A DNA stretch of 57,219 bases from positions 1-57,219 of the forward strand of contig CAJVPI010000087.1 in the NCBI GenBank assembly GCA_910592345.1, written 5' to 3'. The stretch comes from Paraglomus brasilianum (taxonomy: Eukaryota). Positions within the stretch are counted from its first letter, which is position 1; each line of letters begins with the position of its first letter. A model generated the notes under the pieces. That model saw only the letters and a list, made by a program, of their open reading frames with translations, had not been told where the DNA came from and did not search any database. Shown here piece by piece: positions 10,826 through 24,785 of this stretch. Made by a program: the position numbers and the translations under genes.

Positions 10826-12645
10826 TTGTATTTTTATTTTACACTGTATTGGAATTAGAACCTGTCAATCTCTTGCAAAAGGGTTTTTCCTAACATCAAA
10901 ATAGTGTATATGAGTAAAAACATAGCGTTTACATGTGTCGTAAAAGTTTGTCACAAAGATCTTGCGTATAAACTATAACCACTTTCTTGTCTTCCGTATA
11001 CGAATTGTTAACTTTGTGTCAACACGCCAATCATGTTGTTTACACATGACCTCTTTGTCTTATTATTATTATAGCGATGAAATAAGCTCTGGACGTGTAA
11101 ACGTTTTTTATAAAATAAACACTTATAGTAAGTAAACGTAATACGTTTATGTGGTAATAAAAACAGAGGCTGGTAGCTTTTTACTTTCTGCCAGTTTACG
11201 CAATACTGATGTTTTTGTATACTTAAACGCGGTAAGTAATTATATATTATTTAAACGTTGTTTGTTACTACTTAGGAAAGAAAGATCAGCAATACTGGAA
11301 TTGAAAAGATTCGTGATATGATGAAATTGATGCATTACGTGCTATTACTTCGACATGTATACATACCGTCCGTATAATATGTTAATAAAATAATCGTTCA
11401 TGAGAGTAAATTCCCATCTTCTCTTACTATTTGTAAGATAATCAATAGTGATCTCTTTTTTGGCCGGATATCATTAATGGATAATCTCCCAGAGTATATT
11501 ACATAACTCTTGTTCGTGATAATAAACCATAGTGTTGATGGCTATAGCAGATAGATAAAAACCTTGAATGAGAAATTACGGTAATAATTTTAAGATCCTA
11601 TGCCATAGGAAGAATTTTGGTAATTAAGCAATGGTAATCAAAATCACTATCACTTTAAACTTTATCTAGATAACTCGCTTTTGCTAGAAACTCTCCCCGT
11701 CGTCTCGTCTCGTCTCGTACACATTCAGTTGAACGCGTCGTAATATAGACTTTGCAATATTGACAAGTCCTCCTCTTCTATGAATTTTGTACTGTATACT
11801 ACATTACTATTATCAGAATTGTACAAATTTGAATATAAAATACTGATTATATTGATGTTGATATCAGCGAGGTACATATTAATTGCTGATTTATGTGTCA
11901 ACGAGGTATATAATATCAAAGTTGATATATAAAGGAAAGTTTGTCCTATAATCAATGTTGTTGATAGGGTGGATATTAGAGGGTAGACTATAATAGTGTT
12001 GCCTGGCTGTAAGATGAATGAGAAAGTAAAAAAGGGTTAATGTTTATCGCTCTGCTCTCATAAATAATGACTTTGTTCTTCAAGCTTGATGTCACAATTC
12101 CATCTCATTACAATCTATCCAAAATAGACACGCAATACCTAGACAGAACATTGTGAGTCAGTAGCTATTGTCAGTAAGATATTCACGGTTTCGCGTGCCC
12201 TCAAGAAAGCTTACTAAAGTAATCTGGCCTGAATGGTAGACTCGCGACTCTAGTGATGTATTAGTACCCAACATTTCACATGATTTTATCACGCGATTAC
12301 GGGAAGTGTACACTTGGTTGAAGCACATTTCCCATAGAAATTACGATAACGGGTCAATAGTAGTTTCAAATATTATTCTTCTCGACAACCAATCCCGTAT
12401 TTCGATTCCACAATGTGTCTGTGGTGTAACAAACCCCATGCATTGAAATACGCACAGTCAATTAGTTAGCTGAGGGTTAAAAAGTATATATTAATGTTTC
12501 GGCGTTTTTATGATTTGGCCAAGCCACACAATATAATAAAGTAGAAGATAGAAGAAAGTCCGGTACAAAAAGTTATAGAAAAAATTTTTTTTAGATAACC
12601 ATAGAACTCTGGAAAAAAAATTGCACCCTCCAAAATTATCATACA

Positions 12646-13784
12646 ATGTTGAACGAGAGGTAGCGGTTTTAATAGTTATGGTTGCTTGTCTTTGTGTCAA
12701 TTCTTCTGCTACTACCAATTCTCATATGACATCCCAACGACTTTAGTGTATCCGCACATCCACAAGCCACCAATTCACACAATAAGAAAAAACAGCGAAA
12801 CTATCCAAACCAAACCGTTCAACAATCACCACAGATATCTGACGAGCAACGGCATGAGATTAAAGAAGCATTTGAATTGTTTGATACAGATCAAGACAGC
12901 GCACTGGATTATCATGAACTAAAGGTTTGAAAGAGAATGCGTGGTTGCCATTTGATCGTTTACGGTGTTTGTCGTGAATCGAGTCGCATATATAGGTTTA
13001 GGTCTACTTGACTAGACTCTATGGGCTGTTTCCAAGTTCATTAAAAGGAAATGCGAATATTTAACACTTTTTATTACTCCCCGGTTAAAAAGAATGCAAT
13101 GAGAGCACTAGGATTCGACGAGAAAAAGGCTGATGTTCTCAGGTTGCTAAAAGAATACGACAGAAACAATGAGGGACTAATGGTATTCGAAGACTTTAAT
13201 AAAGTCAGTGAGTATTCTAAGCAAGAAGAGTTTAGATACGAACTGAATACACAAAGGAGATATATATCTTCAATCCGTCACTTTCCTTTGCGGCGTTCTC
13301 TTCTTGCTAATGTCTCGTTGTCTTTTTATAATTGCTAATTGCTAATTCGCTCTTTCATCCAGTGTCTGAACGAATAGCGGCCCGGTCACCTTTAGAAGAA
13401 ATACGTCGTGCATTTGAATTATTTGATGACGATAACACTGGCAAAATATCATTAAGAAACTTACGGAGAGTAGCTAGAGAACTAGGAGAGAATATTGATG
13501 ACGAGGAGTTGAAGGCTATGTTGGACGAGTTCGATTTGGATGAAGATGGAGAAAGTATCCTTTTTGTCTGATCGCTTGGATAAGCGTGGGAGAGGGGGGT
13601 GTCGATAGAAGAGGAGGAATATGATGATCGGAAACTTTAATTTACTGTGTTGGCGAAATTACTCTGTAGAACAACTAGAGCTCATCTTTGAAACTCGTTC
13701 CAAGGCTAATTGTCCTGAGCTACTTGATATTTCTTTGTAGTAAACGAAGAAGAATTTATCAGGATCATGACCGATGATAGTTAA
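12646..13784 (+). CDS. CDC31: Centrin (Cdc31/centrin-3 type EF-hand protein), 180 aa, 5 exons: 12646-12659, 12747-12924, 13093-13207, 13363-13554, 13741-13784
   Basis: Spliced translation gives [37 protein letters not shown]...[63 protein letters not shown]. All introns are GT-AG and in phase (543 nt). Confidence 0.95.
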
Positions 13785-15812
13785 GGGGTATCTAGGATGT
13801 AGAGCAAGTCAAGGTCGTACAGGTAGTGCTTTAATCAAATCAATTCACGCTCTGTCATAGTGTACTCTCTTTTTTCCCCTTCCTACTACTATCATAACCC
13901 TCTAACACCGCTGCGTTTTCTAACTTTAAACTTCTCATTCACATCAATTACAACATTGAATATCGAATTATATATAGTAAAATATAGAACTTATCTGGTT
14001 GGAATATTTTGATAACGCGGGAATTTTCGATGAAGGTAGGTATTCAATAGACCATTGGGAATTAAGATTTGGGTATATCCCTGATGTTTATGTCATTACA
14101 AAATGGGGTAAATAAAATGAATACCGTACTGGCTTATATACCAGTTTGTCTCCTGTACTTAAATTCTCTCGACATTGTTGAGCGTGCTTTGCTTTTTCAT
14201 TACGAGACATGCTGCTTGTCAATTTTTCTAAACATAATAATAATATACCTTTGATGTTTTGAAAAGAAAAGTAATGCGATGTGCGGTGCCAAGACATTCG
14301 CGTTAAGCGTATCGACGCAAATGCAAGTTAGGATGTTATGCGACAACTGCCATAAATATAAAGTACGTAAAGCTAAAAAGAATCGCCGTTATTGCACCAG
14401 AAATATTCAAATTTACTCAGAAATCAGATATACAGTGCGTGACGAAAAAAGTTACCGTTTTTATGACAACTCTACTAATTTTAGCACAAAACGCGTGGTG
14501 TACAAAGCCTATGTTTATGGTCTATTTCTTGTTCTATTTTATTTGTGTCCTTAAAATATACTCTCTAGAATGTCTTCACTTATGCAAAATGACAAGAAAA
14601 TAAGTTTATTACATTTTTGGAAACAAAGCATATGCTCTGTTTCAGAATTTTAAGTAAATTGACAAGCCTTCTTATATGTACAATTTGTTACATGTTTATA
14701 AACTGAAAGGAAATAACATGTTGGAACACAAATGTGGAAATTGTCGAAAGAACGAGGTGGATAATAATGTGGCTAGAGCAATTGGACAAGAAATTCTTCA
14801 ATTTTACTAAGGAAAATAGCGAACAAGTTGCAATCTCAAGATGTTGCTGTTTTATATCGATTTTTAGGTCAGTATTTAAACTCAAGTGGATATCCAAAAG
14901 CAGGTCCATTAAAACGTCAATGTTTATCAGATAAGCACAAAGGAGATCATATGGGGGGCAGACTGCAGACAAAGTGAACTGATGTAACTGACAAACAAAA
15001 TCAAGTCTGTTATGGTTTTATTTCTTTTTCCGTAATTTTTTAATTATTCGATAAACAAATAAAAAGACTAATCCTGTAAGCAACCCAAGCATATAAATTC
15101 AAAAAGACTTATCATTTTTTGTTCATTCAGTTTCTTTTTTTTTTTGATTTTCAGAGAATGAATTATTTTCTTTTAATAGCCTTGAAAAAATTTTCTTCTC
15201 TTCAGAAATAAAAATTAATATATTGGACAAGTTTTAGAGTATTCTGCTTCAATTCATTCATGGAATTGCCAGCAAAAATCAAATCTGCATATTTTTTTAG
15301 TTGCTTGAACAAATTTAATATGACCAGGTTTTATTTGTGCTTGATACCCAATCAATTGTATAGTTAATGGTCTCTTTTGTGAATATTCAATATGTCTCCT
15401 TTGTCCTTCTAATTGCTCTCAAGTCATCATCAGCATCAATATATATTTTCAGAAACAAACTTCTTCATTGGCCAAGGCAAAAATGCCTTCCACAACTATT
15501 AAAGAATCAGGCGTTAATTTTTTACCACTTCTTTTTAGAACTTGAGAAGTAAAATCGTAAGTAGATTCATTAATGCGTTTACCTGCCAGCAATCTTTTTA
15601 AATCTTTAATAAGTGCTTTGACAATGCAACTTTTAATATCATCAAAATCAAGGCTAAATTTGCTTAAATACTAATACCCTTTTTCTAATTTATCTTTATG
15701 AGAAAACAAAATATGGGTTTATCCATTAAACTGTATTGGCGGCTAATTTGGATTTGCCAACAAAATCGCTTTATATCACCTGATGCGACTAAGTAAATAC
15801 CCCCAACATATA

Positions 15813-16248
15813 CAGTCCCCGGCGAAAATGGCGGCCAGTATTTTTTTAATATGTCAATTTTGTTCTAATATTATAACTTGCAAAAAAACCAAGGCTTTAT
15901 TTAGATCTATATTAATTTAAATCCAATATTATAAATAAAATTTTGAGTAAGTTGACAAGAAGCAATGTAAAAGCTTTTTACATTAACAGATTGGTCTATA
16001 TCAGGCAAAAATTATATTTTTCGACTTGTCATCTTCTAGATTTAATTAACAAGTCTAAAAACGCAAACATCTTATAGTAATAGTAGATTTGAGACTGTTT
16101 ATAGCCAATCCAAATTTCGCTGAGATTATTAAAATGCAAATATAAAGACAAGGGTATTTTTAATTATGCCTGACATATTAAGTAAATAAGAAAAGTAATA
16201 ATACATTTACATATTATTTATCACCGCCATTCTTTTCGCCAGGGACTG
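15813..16248. mobile_element. 436-bp Tc1/mariner-type MITE
   Basis: TIRs cagtccccggcgaaaatggcgg / ccgccattcttttcgccagggactg with TA on both flanks. Confidence 0.88.
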
Positions 16249-16829
16249 TATAGTTCGCAAGAAACCTTGGAATCGTAGCTATTAGTATGCAAAGTCACGT
16301 GGTATTAGGTTTACCTCTTCAGAATATATTTAATTCGTTATAGATGCATGAATAATGACTTACGAGTTTTGCTGTTTCTTTGTCGCCTTGGGTTTTCGAC
16401 ATATCGACATTTCCACCATTGATGGCAGTTTTAATTAGAGGATTCCCCGAAAACATTGTCACATTCGTCGGTTTATGCAAGTGAACTGAGGGGTATACTC
16501 GCTCTGGCCGCACGCCATTTTTTTGCTAGTGCCAATCAGGCCGAGCACCCTATTGTTTATAATAGTATTCACAGATAACCAGTGATATTAATATGAACTC
16601 GTGGCGGATAATGTACCCAGATTTTCTTGATTCCTTAGAAGGCTTGAACATCGGACGAGCTTAGAAGGTCATCCGTGCCTTGCGGGGGGTCAGTGTTAGG
16701 TCGGCTTAGAAGGCTTAAGGTCGTCTGCGTCCAACACTGGCTTTAATGACACGAGGAGCTTGGGAGGTCCTTTGTCACGCCACCAAAGTCTTTTCATATT
16801 CTTTTATTATAATCACTATACTCGCCTGC

Positions 16830-17069
16830 ATACAATTCTTGAGCAGCTGCTGTGTTCGCTCGTGTCTTCGATCAGTCGTCTCAGTAGTTTAATGATCATC
16901 TCGAGGGACAATATGTATTTTCTTATCTTGTCTCTTGACGAAAATAAACTCCGATCACATTCCTCCAAAAAGTCTACAATATTCCATTCGGAGGACTTCC
17001 TCTCGAAATATTCGAAGTGATTGATTTAAAGGGTTATTCTAGTCAGATGTTTTGTCTCGTTTCGACCAT
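16830..17069 (-). pseudogene. Broken N-terminal fragment of a hypothetical protein
   Basis: The ATG frame hits a stop early, then a protein-like frame reads NHFEYFERKSSEWNIVDFLEECDRSLFSSRDKIRKYILSLEMII; family not verified. Confidence 0.35.
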
Positions 17070-17603
17070 GGCAGTTTAATGTTTTTATTTGTTATTTCGT
17101 CTCTGACCATGAACTGTAAGAATGAAGTCATCATTGTGTTAGATCAGTGTGCTTGGAGGATACTAACTGAATCATAAGGTTTGCGGGTCAAGATCTAACC
17201 TTTCTACGGTATATTACACTAAAATAATATATCCCTACTACTACAAAAGAAATCGCGGTAGGTGGCAACGTCCAAATTAATCCTCACACAGACGTCCTAA
17301 AATAACGCGACAAAGAGTCGTCCTTTATTAACTATAATGACACAGATGAACCATGTAATATTTATCCTTCAGATAGAGTGTCACTTGCTGTATATAAAAA
17401 ATCGGTGTATTAGGTTATATAATGACACATTATACAACACATATTAATTATCAATATTGTAATTCTCACCTTCCCGCAACTGCACAGCACCAAATCCAAT
17501 GGCTAAGATCGAAGCCAAAAGGCGCGATTAAATAATTATGTCACGGGCTCGATCAGTTGAACCAATCAAAATAATCGTAGTAAATCGTAAAATCGCCGGT
17601 TCA

Positions 17604-17778
17604 CAGTGGCTAACTCTGTTTATACCGGAAATGAATCTCTTTACACCGGACGGGCGCACCGTTCGTTTCATATGAAATTATTTGTTTATACCGGAGTCTC
17701 TTATAAACTTTCCATATACCGGTTCCGGAAGGACACAGAGAACATGCCAACCCGTTCGGTTATAAACAGAGTTGACTG
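17604..17778. mobile_element. MITE related to the 3527-3709 element
   Basis: Imperfect TIRs aactctgtttata.. / ..tataaacagagttgactg followed by TA; internal tataccgg repeats. Confidence 0.75.
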
Positions 17779-18091
17779 TATCTGTTATTGGAAATGTTGC
17801 TTATTGTTATCGTTTGCTTTTATTTTGTTCTTTATTTTGATAATGATACTTTGATAATAGAATCCTAGTGACTGTTAGGGAAGAAGTAACAGAGTTGCAT
17901 CTATTGGGGGTATTGCAGCGAAAGCAAACCAGACGAGGGTAGAGAAAAGTTTGCATCGTGAATGTGGGAACGGTGCTATAACGATGATAAGTCCTGTATT
18001 TATATATCTGTACGCAGTCAAGTTACACGAAACTTTCTTTGGAAGTTATTACAATGATACTAACTTTGATGCGTTTGTTGATTGAAATAAT

Positions 18092-18245
18092 CGGGAATTT
18101 ACCTGCCATGTCGCACAACCTGCCAGGTCGTGCAAGCTCAAATATCATCCTTTCATTGGACACTCAGATGGCTTCTCCTCCATAAATAGAAATATTATGG
18201 ACTGTACGACGTGTCGGGTTGTGCGACATGGCAGGTAAATTCCTG
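18092..18245. mobile_element. 154-bp foldback MITE with ~40-bp TIRs and 5-bp TSD (ATAAT)
   Basis: ggaatttacctgccatgtcgcacaacc is perfectly inverted at the right end; ATAAT at 18087-18091 and 18246-18250. Confidence 0.9.
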
Positions 18246-19977
18246 ATAATGACAAGGAATTGTAAATTATGTTTATCAAACAAAATTGATAAATTATATT
18301 AGAGGGATGCATGTAAACATTAGCCTTATTGTTACAGAGTTCCTGTTATCATTCCTTCGTACTCCCCCTGCTTCGCCCTTTCTCAGTCCCAATTTAAAGA
18401 TGATATACTATATAATTCCGAAAATCCTCCTTTAACGATAGGAGGTCAGTCACATGCTATAGAAACATTTAGAAGGATGGTGGGGTAGATGCTTATTGTT
18501 AAAGTCCCTCGCGATAGTAGGTGCTTATTATTGGAATGCTGAAATCATATGTCAATCACAAAAAAATATATTGGGGTTGTGCCAGCTCCGCCATTAAGCA
18601 TAGATGCGTATAATTAGGATCATCAAGGCAAACCATTTTCTACCCTTGCAATTGTAATCTCGCATATCGATCTCTTTTCCAATCTGACAATTGAAGCTCC
18701 TTCTCGTAATCACATGGTCAATATTAGTAATTGTATATTATTACAGAGATAAATTTTTAAATATAGCCAACTTTGTCTCTGTTGCTTACCTATCAACTTT
18801 ATGCCTCGAAGAAGCACAGCTTTTTGATTCCAATTTAAATGTGAATATTGATTAAATTTGCCTGCACGTTACATTATTATCCTGCCAATAATGTGTCATA
18901 TATAAATTCCGTCACCATGTAAATAGACGAATGGTCCCTAAATTTTGCAATGTCGAGACGTGTTATTAAAAATATTGTTACACATCGTAGATAAATACTT
19001 TACAGTCATCGGGATATACTTATTCCACAATCAGCCTTTTTCGTTGAGAAGAGATGTTGCATTATCTAATTGCTCAATATAAATATGCTGTATATGTATT
19101 GCTTGAATATACTGGTTTTTTTTTATCTTCTTCATAAGCAAAACGGATATCTACCTTTTCTTCATCATAAGTTTATCTTAAATTCCTCATTAATTGGTTA
19201 GTTCGTCTCAAGAGTTGATTGTTTATTATGCTTTCCCGCAGAATTATATTATTAACAAATACATCTTAATATTATAGTAATGTGTTGGTATAGATAGTTA
19301 AAATTTTTATTATTAGAACTAATTATAATAATAAGGAATTCAACATGCTTGTATCTGATTGGATAATCATTCACATTATATGCAAGATTAATAAAATAGC
19401 TTACTCCCCGATATCTATCAACCTCATATCTACAGCGCTAGTCCTCATCCGGTTTAACAAAGTGCACCATTTTACTGATTGTTGTGGACTATTCGTTAAA
19501 GCGGATTTCTATCTTATATGGACTCGTTCCAGAAAAAACTTCGTTACGACCATCTTCATTGATGTGATATAACTACAGGAAGACATCTGAAGACATCAGA
19601 CGACATCAGAACAATAGAAAGTGCTGTCATGACCGAAGGACAATAGCAAATTCTAATAGATAGATAATTAATAGCGTTGCTAAAAATAGATCAATTGGCC
19701 TTTTCGAAAGATATAAAAACGGCGTGGATTTCAGTTAGATTCGGTGTCTATTGATAATGTTCCAATAACTTTCGATTCCTCTATTGTAAATATTTCTAAT
19801 AAATGAGTAATCCTTTATACTCTGAAATACATCGATATAGCATAAAATTCGCTAATCTCTATATCGGAGGATAATTGTCTCTTGTCCCGAGTAGCATATT
19901 TTACTTGTTTATAGAAACGCTTATTAGTAATATATTAGTTTTGAGACACCACACGGACAGACCACTGAATTAATCCC

Positions 19978-20179
19978 ACAGTAGATAGTCGTGCATTTGA
20001 CTCGAGGACAATTACGTTATCTAGGATTAGCGTACACACACTTAACGACGCTGAGGTTTTCGTAAGTGAAAGCCTTGGGATCACAAGGTCACTCACTAGC
20101 TGTTAAACTATGAAGCCACGCTCCGCCGACGATAGCTAAATCCCAAGTGTCGATTACTAATCGCTCTCCCGCGGTAGTC
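19978..20179. repeat. Dispersed ~200-bp repeat, copy 2 (reverse complement of 470-669)
   Basis: Direct sequence comparison with 470-669. Confidence 0.9.
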
Positions 20180-20759
20180 TGCGATGTCTGAGTGCGCCAA
20201 CTTCCCATCTACGCGTGAGGCAATACAAACTATTCTTCCGCAAGCTTCCAACCAAAAAAGCGTGGATGCAAAGCTCCATCTTTAACCATTATCTTAACAA
20301 GAAACCGAAAAGAAGACGAGAGCGAGAAGGAGGATGAACAAGAAATCGCAATGTACGAGAAGCAAGCTTGATAATGCAGAAATTCTCGACCCCATTCTTA
20401 TCTTTTCTGCCAATCAAACAAGATGGTCTGCGTCGGAGTTACGTAGAAATTAGGGAGGAATATACGTCATAATGTCCTCATAAGATGTATTAAAGGTCCC
20501 AGCATGGACAAGGGGGTGGCATATTATTAATAGGGACACTATATAAGTCGAGGAAGCATTGCAGTTTTCAATACTTATTACAACAAAGTTGGGTGTGGCT
20601 AGCAATGGTAAAAAAAAGAGGAGGCCAATCTTTTTCTTAACACACTGTACTACAGTTGTATTTATTTACGTATTAATCGTTAAAGTATTTATGCTTACGA
20701 AATACGAATCTCCACACCTGAAGTACTCTCGAGCGAACAAATTCTTTATATGCTACAGG

Positions 20760-21200
20760 ATCTTTAAAGAGCTGAAACAACTAAACGGTTTGCAAGCCAG
20801 CCTATGGTATATCTCATCTATAAGTTACGAGTTCGGAGAGATGAGTTTCTGTGATCGAAGGGCTGAACAGACATCAATCTTTATTTGACAAATTCCTCCA
20901 AAAAAGAGCAAATACAGCAAGCTGCTCATTTTTTTACAGCACTATCTTGTGGTATTGAGGATCTTAGCAACTTTTATCTTCAATTAGGTCTAAAACTTGC
21001 TCCATCAACACAGCAAGATTTCCCATACATTATTCAACAATTCCAAGACCAGAATGGAAATGTTCAATTACATTTGTCAGCTGCTTGACAATCAGTCAAG
21101 ACTCTAATTGTTGTGAAATTCATACAATGATACCATGTTAATGCACACACACTTATCTTGCACTTGCTCTATCACTTACACTGCTCTGTGACTATGTCAG
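20760..21200 (+). pseudogene. Degraded fragment, possibly from a Crinkler/kinase-like protein
   Basis: AAHFFTALSCGIEDLSNFYLQL...QDFPYI followed by a broken IVVKFIQ*YHVNAH segment (kinase VxxK-like strand); stops and frameshifts. Confidence 0.4.
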
Positions 21201-22040
21201 TGACAATGGAGAGAGAAAAGATGTTGTATACAGTAATCTTTCCACAAACATGAATTCGGGTTTACCTTCTCATCTACTGCATGGAGTGGTACAGTGGTAT
21301 TATACTAGGGGTGGTATTATTATTATGATAGGACGACTATTATTGGTTGTAGCGTACTTAAAAAAGATTTTGCATCTACGAAATACGAATTAGCAACATC
21401 TTGCTTGCTTTAATATGAGAGAAAGGCACGTATTACATGTAAACAGCTCTTGGTGTTTTAGAGAGGAATATATGGTGATATAAATAAGCATATTTAATAA
21501 TAAACTCTGTACCATGGTACTTTACAAGTATTTCGTGTAACAACCCGATCATAGTGGTATTTTACATTCCGTGAGCTTCAAAATGACTATGCTGGGGGGG
21601 GGGGGTACTTTAGTCCGAGAAATATGGTACTTTGTTGCCAACTCCACACCCTCTAGCTTAAATAATGCCTTTCTCACAATACTTTCTTCATTGCAGTCTG
21701 CACACTGCCTCATTATTCTTACTGGCATACACATCCCTAATGTCATGGTATGAACTTCTCTAAACTTCTAATTCCTTGTTCGATTGTTATTATGTCATTC
21801 TTGCCACTTCAATCCCCCTTCTAATTTTTTGCTTTCATCAGCTCAATTGCTTTCTACCATTTTAGCTATTACTGGTTATTTGTTGTGTTACGTGATCTTT
21901 TACTTACCCAAGTAATTTTAATATTCTCGATTTATCTGCCCACTCAAATTTCTTTCTTCCAATTGCCACATTATTTCCTGACTAACTTTCTGTTTGACAA
22001 CGCGTATAACTAATTTTGTGCTTTTGCCCTTGTTATTGTG

Positions 22041-22193
22041 GGGTCCGTATTATTTCATCGACAATAATTTCACCGACAATTAACTACCAAAAAAGGATAA
22101 CTTCGAAATAATGTTGGTGAAGGTTTGTCGGTGAGATGATTGTCGGTGAGATGATTGTCGGTGAAATGATTGTCGACGAAATGATTGCCTCCC
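22041..22193. mobile_element. 153-bp Mutator-like (MULE) MITE with 9-bp TSD
   Basis: GTTATTGTG at 22032-22040 and 22194-22202; GGG...CCC ends; inverted arrays of a 15-bp unit (atttcaccgacaat / attgtcggtgaaatg). Confidence 0.88.
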
Positions 22194-24663
22194 GTTATTG
22201 TGCTTGAAAAGCCAGTAATATTATAAAAGTAAGAACCTGGTGCAAAAGTTGATGATTTTGTTACTGGTCAAATGGGTAATGTAATGAGTTTAATTTGAGA
22301 CATGCTAACGTTTGTTTTGTCGGTTTATAGATTTAACAGTCGTTTTATTCCTCGAATTAAATTTAGCTATTAAAAATAAAGTGTAGATAAATCGTGCTAT
22401 TAAACGATAACAACCAGCTTTTTCGGTAACACGAAAGTTATTTATAGATATGAGATGGCTAATTATTTAATTAATATTAAGTTTAATATCAGCGACAAAC
22501 TTTGATGCTTGCTGATTTATCAGAAAAAGTTAGCCAATTAATTATTTATTGTGGAGTCTGTTGCTATACAGTTACGTTTCAGTTAACCCGTTATTACATA
22601 CATAATTAATTGATGTAACAGTACAAAAATATTACCACGCCTTGTATTAACCCGTTTGTCATTGTTTGATCATGATGTAACATTAATTACTATTGTTTGT
22701 TATACGAAATCGCATGAAATCACAGACAGTTCAATGCAGTCTATATTGCCAAATCCACATCCAACAATCGACATTAATGTAAATACTTCAGAGTCATGCT
22801 TTCATACGGCCCAAGAGTGATTATCAAAGTTGTTTAATCTGGATTACTTGTAGAGTAATCTATGCTTTATCGTGTAATTACAGTTGGAAAATAAAGCCTT
22901 ATCGCGATCGGAACTCTTGGTGATGAATAATAAGTTTAAATGGTATAGGCAATTCCGATGATAAACAAAGCTTATTTACGGACAAATGGGATGTTATTTT
23001 AATTGCGTTGAAAGTCTTGCATCGAATTTCAGCTACCAATGAAAGTTGGTTAAAGAGCGTTGTAGCAAGTAAACTTTGACTTTATATAATTAAAAAAAAG
23101 TTGGTCAAATATTTCATCGCTTATCTGAAAGATTTGCGTTGTTCTTATTCCAGAAATAAAGTTGATTTATCTCTAGTGCATTAACACGTTAATATTGATA
23201 ATAGCACATCTGATAACTGTTTGTTCAAATGAGTCTGCTAGCAGTCTCTATTTCTTTATAGGTCTTGATCTGGTGCTTCACAGTATATTGAACACACAAT
23301 ATAAGCAAGCCTGTTCTATGTGTTTAGCAATTTTGTAAATAAGTTGGTTTTTTTTATACTTTCCTCTTCCAGGATATCATCAGACGTAGCGACAGTGAAG
23401 ATTAGGAAGAACTCTCAACTTTGACCGCCTCAATATTAGCGCACATTTTCTGCTGTTTGAATTTAGTGAGGCGGTGATATGATAATGCAACGATATCCAT
23501 TACCATATCAATCTATAGTTTAACAGGAAACGTAAGTTAAGATGCATGTCGCGTGATATATAGCTAGAGATTACTGGACACCCTGTTAATTTCGACTACC
23601 GTTGCTTCATCACTGTGCACACAACAAGAACGTAATATTTGATAGCCGATGAAGGTAACCAGTATTCTACCTAGTATAGTATGTCCGGGTTACATGAGTC
23701 TAATAAAGGCCGTAAGAATAAGAACATGCTATAACGATCACTTAGCTGAAAACACAAGAATAACACTATACGGCTATATGAGAGGTACAACAGTGTCGAA
23801 AATCGTCAGATGTGTCCGCTAAGTAACAATCATAAAAAAGGCATACTGTAAGAAACGGTCTATATGAATAAGTAAATGTTGTTTATGTCACTAGGAAATT
23901 GACTAACATCTCTTACATACATATTTAAGTTTGGAATCGCCAATAGAATTTACATATATCAGTACAATGACATATATAATTATGGGGGAAAGACTGAACA
24001 GTATATGCAAAAATAAACAGAACAGTGTTATGGATAGCATGTCGAAATTATAAATACGGGAAAGAAACCTGAATTAGTTAACAGCGTAGTATGTCTATAC
24101 CTCAGTTGAACACGAATCGGCCCATAGACTATAATTGTTTCATGTATGACAGATTGTAAACATATTGTCACTTATGCATACTATCTTAAGACGAATATAC
24201 TATAAACGTCTTCCTTTAATTGTTGTGGTTGAATGCCACCAGAAACATAACTAGCGATACAATACCAATATTAGCCTCGACAAATTTGTCTAACAATACA
24301 CGGGAGTGTCAGCACTATTACTATGTACATTCCGGTCTATTGTCACAAAAAAAGGAATTAGTTTAATGTTACTGTTTTACAAGATATTCGAGAATCAAAA
24401 ACATCAAGATTGTAGAATATACTGGTGTATGCTACACAAGGAGGAACCTAAAGATGCATGTACCAAAAAAGGTTATTGCCTTATACTTAATATTAAATGT
24501 TTGTGTAATGGAACGTATATATTCCCGATACATTAATATGCTGTTTGTTTAATAGTAAAAGGTTATAGAACAGGAAGATCAAATGCTTCATCCTTTTGGA
24601 AGACAAAGTATTTGTATGAAGCAAGAAAGAATCACACTTTGGTCCCCTTATCAATTCTTATAC

Positions 24664-24785
24664 AGGCATGCTTGGCATTGTTAATCAATGATATTAATGA
24701 TATTAATAGACATGTGTGCTTGGCATTGTTTTAATAAATGACATTTATTAGGCATGTATGCTTGGCATTTGCTTAATAAATGATA
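24664..24785. repeat. Three-copy ~45-bp tandem repeat
   Basis: Unit (g)catg..tgcttggcatt...taataaatga occurs three times. Confidence 0.7.

Noticed and set aside
18300..19950. Possible decayed non-LTR retroelement (also 33300-37600)
   Set aside because: The texture is coding-like, but no RT, endonuclease or RNase H motif could be read.
21540..21990. Possible Ty3/gag remnant
   Set aside because: No intact CCHC or protease motif and no LTRs.
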